Shown one piece after another: positions 20,025 through 27,035 of a stretch of DNA of 32,000 nt. Positions within the stretch are counted from its first letter, which is position 1. Each line of letters starts with the position of its first letter. Location of the stretch: the NCBI GenBank assembly GCA_035390665.1, contig DAOOUC010000002.1:92143-124142 (forward strand), given 5' to 3'. Position numbers and translations under genes: made by a program. This DNA comes from an archaeon. Its GTDB lineage: Archaea; Iainarchaeota; Iainarchaeia; Iainarchaeales; CSSED10-239. The notes beneath the pieces were generated by a model, which was given only the letters and a program-made list of their open reading frames with translations, was not told the origin of the DNA and made no database searches.

Positions 20025-21155
20025 ATGAGTGTAAATAAAACCACAAATAAAGAAATTAATTTGTTTTTCTATAATCATGAATATACCATCTTAAATATTG
20101 CAGGAATAATTTGTGGTCTTATTATTTTATGGATTGCAAATAACTTTTTTGTTGATAGTAAGATATATTATCTGATATTTATTTTTGGATTGTTAGTTGG
20201 GGGATTTGGTTTTGTTATAGAATATTATATAAAAAATGAAAAACGTAAGTCTTTAGAAACAGAATTTAGTTATTTTTTATATGATTTATCTAAGGAATAT
20301 AAAAAAACAAACAATTTATCTTTAGCATTAACAAATATATCTGAATATAATTTTTATGGAGACATAAATACAGATATAAAAAGATTAGCAAATAGAGTAT
20401 CTTGGGGAGATTCTTTTGAGGATGCATTAGAGTCAATAAATAAAAACATAAATAGTTCTGTTATTATTCACACACTTGTATTACTTAGAGCATTAAAGAA
20501 ATCATCGGTCTCTTATGATATAATTTTAAAGAATATATCCAAGGATCTTAAAATATTTAAAAGTGAAGATCGTTCAAAAAAGTATTTTTCAAATTTATTT
20601 TATTTGTCTTTGGTTTTTTATTTTGTATTTATTTTTGTTTTATTATATATTGACCACATTATTGGTGGAAATTTTCTGTGGAGTAGTAATGCAGAAGTAG
20701 TTACAAGAATATTCTTTGATAATTTTATGCTTTATTTGGCATTGCTTTTAGGGGTTTTTACTGCTTACGTTATGTATTCTATAAAAAAAGACAAAGGCAT
20801 AAATTTTGTTAAATATATTCTATTAATGTTTATAATAACCGTTATCTTATTTCAAATCTTTGCACCAAAACCAGAGGCTGAAAGAATTTTAATAGATACA
20901 ATAGAATATATGATCAAAAATAATGAAACAAAAGTAGAAATAGATAATGCAATTGCATTAAAGACAATAAGTTCTAAATACATTTCTGAAAAAGTAGAGA
21001 CCGAAACTATATATTTTCAACAGGTTGATAATTTAAGTTGTTTCTCTGAAGAATGTAAAGAGTTTACTATCTTTGTTAATGAGCCAGCATTCTATGATTT
21101 TATTATCGAGAAACAAGAAAATAATCATTTTATTATATATTATAAAAAAGTTTAA
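20025..21155 (+). CDS. TadC/FlaJ-like (T2SF) secretion platform protein, probable C-terminal half
   Basis: TM pair then LETEFSYFLYDLSKEYKKTNNLSLALTNI...LANRVSWGDSFEDALESI T2SF-like helical domain, further TMs and a C-terminal soluble extension. Confidence 0.55.
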   Translation: MSVNKTTNKEINLFFYNHEYTILNIAGIICGLIILWIANNFFVDSKIYYLIFIFGLLVGGFGFVIEYYIKNEKRKSLETEFSYFLYDLSKEYKKTNNLSLALTNISEYNFYGDINTDIKRLANRVSWGDSFEDALESINKNINSSVIIHTLVLLRALKKSSVSYDIILKNISKDLKIFKSEDRSKKYFSNLFYLSLVFYFVFIFVLLYIDHIIGGNFLWSSNAEVVTRIFFDNFMLYLALLLGVFTAYVMYSIKKDKGINFVKYILLMFIITVILFQIFAPKPEAERILIDTIEYMIKNNETKVEIDNAIALKTISSKYISEKVETETIYFQQVDNLSCFSEECKEFTIFVNEPAFYDFIIEKQENNHFIIYYKKV

Positions 21156-21167
21156 TAAGAAAAAGAT

Positions 21168-21533
21168 ATGATAAAAAACATTACAAAGAAAAAATTAATA
21201 ATTAGTGATTATAAGATTGCAAATACTGTTTTTTCTAGAGGATTAGGGTTAATGTTTTCCAGAAAATCAAAATTTAATTATGGATTAATATTTGACTTAG
21301 AAAGAGAAACAGTTATTGGAGCAAGTTTGCATATGTTTTTTGTATTTTATCCAATAAATGTAATATTTTTGAATTCAAAAAAACAAATTGTGGATATCAA
21401 AACCGATTTTAGGCCATTTACATTTTATTCTACAAATAAGAAATGCAGGTATATTATTGAATTACCTAAAAAGATTGGATTAAGATATTATTCTTTAAAT
21501 GATAGAATTTCTTGGAAAAACATCAAAAATTGA
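21168..21533 (+). CDS. DUF192 family protein
   Basis: ANTVFSRGLGLMFSRK...ASLHMFFVFYPINVIFLNSKKQIVDIKTDFRPFTFY...CRYIIELPKKIG matches the DUF192 pattern. Confidence 0.8.
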   Translation: MIKNITKKKLIISDYKIANTVFSRGLGLMFSRKSKFNYGLIFDLERETVIGASLHMFFVFYPINVIFLNSKKQIVDIKTDFRPFTFYSTNKKCRYIIELPKKIGLRYYSLNDRISWKNIKN

Positions 21534-21647
21534 TGATTTTCTTGTGTTTTTATTATGTAGACTTTGAAAATCAAACTGATTTCTAATTGTTGGTTTAAAT
21601 TAACTACCAGTAACCATATATAAAGATTTTAGGACTATAACATATAC

Positions 21648-21850
21648 AGTAATCTATTACCTAGATTTCCACAAAAGAATAAAAGGCAGAAAAGAGGAAG
21701 AGAAGAAACATACTGTTTAACAGGAACAGGTCCCTGTTCTTTTCTTCTTAGAAATTAATTACATTTGTGGCTTAATTGCCCCAAAACCTTTTCCTTCCCC
21801 AAAAGAAGAGGTAAACTAAGGAGCCCAAATGGGCTCAAGTTCTATTTTTA
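21648..21850 (+). ncRNA. Candidate structured non-coding RNA or long structured leader/3' UTR
   Basis: 447-nt gap without a plausible ORF; TATA-like catatataaag about 21614-21624; hairpin GAACAGG-TC-CCTGTTC (21724-21739) nested in AGAAGAAA/TTTCTTCT; hairpin GAGCCC-AAAT-GGGCTC (21821-21836) followed by TTCTATTTTT. Boundaries are estimates. Confidence 0.3.
21821..21850 (+). terminator. Hairpin plus T-rich tract resembling an intrinsic terminator
   Basis: GAGCCCAAATGGGCTC perfect 6-bp stem, then AAGTTCTATTTTTA. Confidence 0.35.
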
Positions 21851-21980
21851 TTAAAAATGTTTTATTTAAATATGTTTCTATATAAATATATTTATAATAA
21901 CTATAATATAAATTCGACTATAGAAAATCACAATCTTTGTGTTTTTAAGCGATTTTTAAAAAATTTCAAGGTGAATAGAG

Positions 21981-22751
21981 ATGGGATTAAGACCAGGACA
22001 TTGTTATTGTCAAAATGTTAAAAAAAGAGCATATTCAAGAATTGCAGTTAAAGTTCATAAAAAGAACTTTATTGGTGGTGTACCAGGATTAAAGATAAGA
22101 CAGTTTCACATGGGTAATGGGAATAGAGCATATACGCATGTAATTCATTTTACTACAAAAAACAAGGTACAGATTAGAGACAATGCAATTGAAGCAGTAA
22201 GACAAAGTGTTGTAAGACAGTTAAACAAGAAATTAACGGCAGTAAACTATTATATGAAAGTAAGAGTTTATCCTCAATTTTTCTTAAGAGAAAACAAACA
22301 AGCACAAGGGGCACACGCAGATAGAATTCAAACAGGAATGAGTCAATGTCCTTTTGGAAAAGTTGTTGGTAGAGCTTCAAGAGTAAGAGCAGGACAGAAA
22401 ATATATAGTGTCTTAGTTGATGAAGCAAATGTTAAATTTGTTAAGGAACTTTTCGAAAGAATGGGTTCAAAGTTCCCTACAGAAATGAAAGTTATTGTTG
22501 AAAAGAATACAGATAATTTAAAGTCTGTTGGAACAGTAAGAAAGAAAAGAAAGATGAAGGAAGAAGAAGAAACAAAAGCCGCAACAACAGAAGCAGCACC
22601 AGCAGCAGGTAAAGATGCAAAAGCAGCAGCTCCTGCAAAGGGCGCAGCTCCAGCTAAAGGTGCAGCACCTGCAAAAGGCGCAGCTCCCGCAGGTAAAGAT
22701 GCAAAAGCAGCAGCTCCAGCAAAGGGCGCAGCTCCAGCAAAGAAGAAATAA
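21981..22751 (+). CDS. rpl10e: 50S ribosomal protein L10e (uL16) with Ala/Pro/Lys-rich C-terminal tail
   Basis: MGLRPGHCYCQNVKKRAYSRIAVKVHKKNFIGGVPGLKIRQFHMGN and ...GAHADRIQTGMSQCPFGKVVGRASRVRAGQKIYSV; low-complexity tail of AAPAKG repeats. Confidence 0.95.
   Translation: MGLRPGHCYCQNVKKRAYSRIAVKVHKKNFIGGVPGLKIRQFHMGNGNRAYTHVIHFTTKNKVQIRDNAIEAVRQSVVRQLNKKLTAVNYYMKVRVYPQFFLRENKQAQGAHADRIQTGMSQCPFGKVVGRASRVRAGQKIYSVLVDEANVKFVKELFERMGSKFPTEMKVIVEKNTDNLKSVGTVRKKRKMKEEEETKAATTEAAPAAGKDAKAAAPAKGAAPAKGAAPAKGAAPAGKDAKAAAPAKGAAPAKKK
22608..22738 (+). repeat. 47-nt near-identical direct repeat (copies 22608-22654 and 22692-22738) within the rpl10e tail
   Basis: GGTAAAGATGCAAAAGCAGCAGCTCC[T/A]GCAAAGGGCGCAGCTCCAGC, one mismatch; offset 84 nt (28 codons, in frame). 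Confidence 0.9.
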
Positions 22752-22805
22752 GTGTTTTATTTCTTTCTTTTTCTTTTTTTATTTGTATTTGAATTTTGAA
22801 AAATT

Positions 22806-23996
22806 ATGTATTTATTTTTACTTGGAAGAGATAAAGAACTTTCAAAACTTGAGCTTGCAATATATTTGCAAAAAAATAAAATTTCTTATTCTATCATTTC
22901 TAATTCTGAAAAATATTTAATCTTAGATATAAAAGAAAAGGAAAAGGAACTTATCAATTTAACTCAAAATCTTGGGGGTATTGTTAGAGTTTGTAAAATT
23001 TATATATCTGCTAAAAAGATAACTAAAGAAATTATTGATAAATTAGATTTTAATGTTCCAAAAAAATTTAATTACACGATATCCAGTATTGATATAAATC
23101 AGAGAGAAATAGAAGCAGTTGAACAATTATTAAAACAGAGTTTTAAGGAAGAAAAAGCTAAGGCAGTTTATAAAAAGCCAATAAATCATTCTGAGAAAAA
23201 ATCTAAATTTAATACAAATTATATTGCAAATCCGGATAATTATTATTCTTGGAAAATTGAAAATGGTTTGGAATTATTTGTAATTAAAAATTCAGATACT
23301 TATTATTTTGCAAGAACAATATCTTGTTTTGATCCTAAACAAAATATAATTAAAGATAAAGGACGCCCAGCAATAAAAGAAATGTATAATACATCTTTTA
23401 GATTAGTTTCAATTATGATTAATCTTTTAGGTCTTGAAAAAGGTAAAACTATTGTAGATCCGTTTTGTGGAACAGGAACTTTCTTAATAGAAGGACTTAT
23501 TAAAGGTTATAGTGTTGTGGGTATTGATGTCGATCAAGAGATGGTAGAAGCAAGTAATAAAAATGTTTCTTGGGCAATAAAAGAATTTAAATTAAAGGGT
23601 AATTATAAAATAATTAAAGGTAATTCAGGGACATCTAAATTTCAAGCAGATGCATCTGTCTTTGAACCATATATGGGGCCATTTTTACGTAAAGCAATTA
23701 ATATTGATAAAGCAAGAGCAACAATTAAAGAATTAAATGATATTTATTTTCAAGTTTTTGAAAATCTTTCAAAACAGTTACCTAAGAAATCAAAAGTGGT
23801 TTGTATTCTACCAGAATTGAAAACTTTTGATAATAAAGTTGTTCCAATTAACTGGGCAGTTTATGAAAAAAATGGATTTAGTTTAGTTGATGTTTCAAAA
23901 ATTGATTGTACTTTAGGATTAAGAAATCCAATAAATTATTCTACACCTAGTGGATCAATGATTAATAGAAAAATATATATTTTAGAAAGATTATGA
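22806..23996 (+). CDS. TRM11-family RNA (guanine-N2) methyltransferase
   Basis: N-terminal MYLFLLGRDKELSKLELAIYLQKN (THUMP/ferredoxin-like region), VDPFCGTGTFLIEGLIKGYSVVGIDVDQEMVEASNKNVSWA, EPYMGPFLRK motif IV-like. Confidence 0.85.
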   Translation: MYLFLLGRDKELSKLELAIYLQKNKISYSIISNSEKYLILDIKEKEKELINLTQNLGGIVRVCKIYISAKKITKEIIDKLDFNVPKKFNYTISSIDINQREIEAVEQLLKQSFKEEKAKAVYKKPINHSEKKSKFNTNYIANPDNYYSWKIENGLELFVIKNSDTYYFARTISCFDPKQNIIKDKGRPAIKEMYNTSFRLVSIMINLLGLEKGKTIVDPFCGTGTFLIEGLIKGYSVVGIDVDQEMVEASNKNVSWAIKEFKLKGNYKIIKGNSGTSKFQADASVFEPYMGPFLRKAINIDKARATIKELNDIYFQVFENLSKQLPKKSKVVCILPELKTFDNKVVPINWAVYEKNGFSLVDVSKIDCTLGLRNPINYSTPSGSMINRKIYILERL

Positions 23997-24017
23997 ATTT
24001 AAAGGAGTGAATAGGAT

Positions 24018-24479
24018 ATGGAAAGAACATTATTGATATTTAAACCTGATGCACTAAATAGAGCGTTAGTTGGAGAAATTTTACATAGATTTGAAAGAAA
24101 AGGATTAAAGATTGTAGGAATGAAAATGATGTATCTTAGTGATGACTTACTTGATGAACACTATTCTCATCTTAAAGACAAACCCTTTTTTCCAAGAATA
24201 AAAAAGTTTATGAAGAGTGCACCTTCAATTCTTTGTGTTCTTGAGGGAAACAACGTAATTAGTGTTGTTAGAAATTTAGTGGGAGTTACAAGAGGTTATG
24301 AAGCAGCTTCAGGCACAATAAGGGGAGATTATTCCTTAAGTGGGCAATGTAATGTAGTCCATGCATCTGATTCTATTGTTGCTTCAGACATTGAAATTGC
24401 TAGATTTTTTAAAGATAATGAATTGTTTAATTACGAAAAAGTTGATTTAAATTTTGTATATGCAGAAGACGAGAAATAA
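24018..24479 (+). CDS. ndk: Nucleoside diphosphate kinase
   Basis: ERTLLIFKPDALNRALVGEILHRFERKGLKIVGMK, GVTRGYEAASGTIRGDYS, active-site NVVHASDS. Confidence 0.97.
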   Translation: MERTLLIFKPDALNRALVGEILHRFERKGLKIVGMKMMYLSDDLLDEHYSHLKDKPFFPRIKKFMKSAPSILCVLEGNNVISVVRNLVGVTRGYEAASGTIRGDYSLSGQCNVVHASDSIVASDIEIARFFKDNELFNYEKVDLNFVYAEDEK

Positions 24480-24639
24480 TTTTTCGTCCTTTTTCTTTAA
24501 TTTTTGATAAATGATAATAATTTCATTTGTTTTTGTAGTTGCCTGCAAAACAACAGCTTATTTGAAATCACAGTTCATGAAATTTGTTTCATGTTTGTAG
24601 AATTATAAATGAACCTGTTTTCATATTAAAAAAATAAAA

Positions 24640-24655
24640 AGCTTTATATATATAA
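24640..24655 (+). promoter_or_regulatory. TATA-box-like element upstream of the Lys/Ala-rich mini-ORF
   Basis: agctttatatataatg, about 70 nt before the ATG at 24718. Confidence 0.4.
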
Positions 24656-24717
24656 TGCTACACAATTATTATATAATATTTTTCCAAATGGGGAAGGAAA
24701 AGGTAAAACGGGGTGAA

Positions 24718-24795
24718 ATGAAAATGGTTGCAAAGAAAAAGCCTGCTGCAAAAAAAACAACAGCAAAGCCTAAAGCAAAAGCAAAGAAGAAGTAA
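24718..24795 (+). CDS. Very small Lys/Ala-rich basic protein (25 aa: MKMVAKKKPAAKKTTAKPKAKAKKK)
   Basis: Strong GGGGTGAA leader directly before ATG, TATA-like element upstream, codon-biased basic peptide resembling histone-H1-like tails; below the supplied ORF-track cutoff. Confidence 0.55.
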   Translation: MKMVAKKKPAAKKTTAKPKAKAKKK

Positions 24796-24977
24796 ATCTT
24801 AGGTAACTAGATTTATTCTTTTTATTTTATTTTTTTTCTATTTCTATTTTTTCTAAATCTTTCTTAAGATATTATCTTTATGTACTTTTTTAAAAAAGTC
24901 AGGTTTTAAATCTTTCTTTTCATATATATATACAAATTAATTAATTTAATTTGAAATAACAAGAAAACAGTGAGACT

Positions 24978-25121
24978 ATGAAATACGAAACAAAGATGTG
25001 TCAATTTTGTAAAAATGTTACAAGACACAGAGTAGATGAAGAAACTGGCGAAGAAATTTGTTTAAAGTGTAATAATGAACCGCCAAAGGCAAAAGATTAT
25101 AGATTTAAAGGATTTAGATAA
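24978..25121 (+). CDS. Small zinc-ribbon protein (47 aa)
   Basis: MKYETKMCQFCKNVTRHRVDEETGEEICLKCNNEPPKAKDYRFKGFR: CxxC...CxxC; absent from the supplied track because of size. Confidence 0.7.
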   Translation: MKYETKMCQFCKNVTRHRVDEETGEEICLKCNNEPPKAKDYRFKGFR

Positions 25122-25257
25122 AGATCCTTTCTTTTTATTTTTTAATCACTCATCTTTACGGTTTTTCTTGATTTCATAAAAAAGCAAGTTTTTTAATATA
25201 TAGCGCCTTTATATTTTATTGTAATTATAAAAATTAAACTAGTAAATAGGTAAATCA

Positions 25258-25590
25258 ATGTCAGTCATACTTTGTAATAGACACAACTTTGAAGAGGAAG
25301 TGGTTGAATCAGATGTACCTGTGGTTATTTATTTTTGGGAAACTCTTTCTGGGCCATCAAGGGCTCTTAATTTAACTTTTGAAGAACTTAGTAATGAATA
25401 TAATAATAAGATTAAATTTCTTAAAATTAATAGTGAAGAAAACAAGCCAATTTCAACAATGTTTAATATTGATGAAGTGCCTTGTATTGTTATTATGAAA
25501 CGTGGTGGAGAAATGGGTAGAATTGTAGGATTTGAACCAAAACCTATTTTAAAACAAAAAATAGACCACATTCTTTCAAGATTAAGATAA
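25258..25590 (+). CDS. Thioredoxin-fold protein lacking the CxxC motif
   Basis: VVIYFWETLSGPSRALNLTFEELSNEYNNKIKFLKINSEENKPISTMFNIDEVPCIVIMKRGGEMGRIVGF aligns with thioredoxins, with SGPS replacing CGPC. Confidence 0.85.
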   Translation: MSVILCNRHNFEEEVVESDVPVVIYFWETLSGPSRALNLTFEELSNEYNNKIKFLKINSEENKPISTMFNIDEVPCIVIMKRGGEMGRIVGFEPKPILKQKIDHILSRLR

Positions 25591-25679
25591 AATTATTGTA
25601 GATAAATAATATGCAATCGTATATTAAAAATATACATTAAAACAAACTCTTTTTATATATAATCTAACATATATTATAT

Positions 25680-25922
25680 ATGCAATTAAGCAAATCAAAA
25701 CCACTTTCTTGGTATACAGAAATTTTTACAAGTGGTTATCTTAAATCTCATATATTTTCTACATTATTTATCTATGCAATTCTAGTAATTATCTTAATGG
25801 CATTAATAAACGAAATAAAGACATTTGAAATTTTATCTTTTGGTAAATTTATATTAAAAGTAATATTTTCAATAATTATAATATATTTAATCAAATTATT
25901 TTTTGAAAAATTTAATATTTAA
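25680..25922 (+). CDS. Small membrane protein of unknown function
   Basis: 80 aa, two hydrophobic segments (IFSTLFIYAILVIILMALI; FILKVIFSIIIIYLIKLFF). Confidence 0.5.
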   Translation: MQLSKSKPLSWYTEIFTSGYLKSHIFSTLFIYAILVIILMALINEIKTFEILSFGKFILKVIFSIIIIYLIKLFFEKFNI

Positions 25923-25934
25923 GAAGGGAAAACC

Positions 25935-27029
25935 ATGACTCTAACAACAGAAGAAAGATTAAAACTAATTAAAGAAGTTTCTGAAGAAATTATTGGTGAA
26001 GTTGAATTAATTGAGCTTTTAAAATCTAATAAACCACTGATTGCTTATGATGGTTTTGAACCTTCAGGAAGAATTCATATTGCTCAAGGATTAATGAGAG
26101 CAATTAATGTTAATAAACTTTCTAAAGCAGGAATTCATTTTAAATTTTGGGTGGCTGACTGGTTTGCTTTAATGAATAATAAAATGGACGGAGATTTAGA
26201 AAAAATACAAACGGTTGGAAAATATTTTATAGAAGTTTGGAAAGCTTCAGGAATGGATATGAAAAATTGTGAGTTTTTGTGGGCTTCTGAGAATATGGAT
26301 CAAGAATATTGGTTAATGGTTTTAAAGATTGCAAGAATCAACACAGTTGCAAGAATAACAAGATGTTCTCAGATTATGGGCAGAACAGATAAAGATGAGC
26401 TTTCAGCAGCTCAAATTTTTTATCCTTGTATGCAAGCAGCAGACATTTGGAATCTTAAAGCAGATATAGCACAACTTGGAATGGATCAAAGAAAGGTAAA
26501 TGTTCTTGCAAGAGAAAGTTTTCCAAAACTCGGCCTTAAAAAACCAATAGCAATACATCATCACATGCTTATGGGTTTAACAGAACCAAAAACAGAAGGA
26601 TTAGAAGGAGCAGAAGCAGCAATAGCAAAAAAGATGTCTAAATCAAATCCAGATTCTGCAATTTTTATGACTGACACAACAGAAGAAATTAATAAAAAAT
26701 TTAAGAAGGCATATTGCCCAGAAGGAATTGTAGAAGACAATCCAGTATTAGAATATTGTAAATATATAATATTTGAAAAAATAAAAGACGGAACTTTAAA
26801 AGAATTTAAAGTAGAAAGACCTGAAAAGTTTGGAGGTAATGTTATCTATAAAGATTATTCTGAACTTGAAAAGGATTTTATAGAGAAGAAATTACATCCA
26901 ATGGATTTGAAAGCATCAAGTGCAAAGTATATTGATGAGCTTTTGGAACCAGTAAGAAAACATTTCCAAATAGATGAAAAAGCTAAAGAACTTTTGACAA
27001 AAGTTGAAAGTTATATTATTACAAAATAG
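25935..27029 (+). CDS. tyrS: Tyrosyl-tRNA synthetase (archaeal type)
   Basis: IAYDGFEPSGRIHIAQGLMRAINVNKL, VADWFALMNNKMDGDLEKI, AKKMSKSNPDSAIFM. Confidence 0.95.
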   Translation: MTLTTEERLKLIKEVSEEIIGEVELIELLKSNKPLIAYDGFEPSGRIHIAQGLMRAINVNKLSKAGIHFKFWVADWFALMNNKMDGDLEKIQTVGKYFIEVWKASGMDMKNCEFLWASENMDQEYWLMVLKIARINTVARITRCSQIMGRTDKDELSAAQIFYPCMQAADIWNLKADIAQLGMDQRKVNVLARESFPKLGLKKPIAIHHHMLMGLTEPKTEGLEGAEAAIAKKMSKSNPDSAIFMTDTTEEINKKFKKAYCPEGIVEDNPVLEYCKYIIFEKIKDGTLKEFKVERPEKFGGNVIYKDYSELEKDFIEKKLHPMDLKASSAKYIDELLEPVRKHFQIDEKAKELLTKVESYIITK

Positions 27030-27035
27030 ATAATT

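Noticed and set aside
21600-21860. RNase P RNA or SRP (7S) RNA
   Set aside because: I looked for GAGGAAAGUC/ACAGAAA-type RNase P cores and the SRP helix 8 GGAAG...GCAGC core and did not find them. Only a generic structured-RNA candidate is justified.
22608-22738. CRISPR-like or mobile-element repeat
   Set aside because: The repeated 47-mer lies in frame within the rpl10e coding sequence. There is no spacer-repeat periodicity and no cas or transposase genes.
22174-22920. ORFs 22174..22428 (-) and 22615..22920 (+) around rpl10e
   Set aside because: The first is antisense to conserved L10e sequence. The second is an out-of-frame reading of the GC-rich repeat tail running into the methylase gene start.
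24500-24640. Box C/D sRNA suggested by aatgataat
   Set aside because: No proper RUGAUGA C box with a matching CUGA D box and C'/D' pair.
25619-25635. Perfect AT-only-core hairpin GTATATT-AAA-AATATAC
   Set aside because: Such AT palindromes are expected frequently in AT-rich intergenic DNA. No T-tract or conservation evidence.
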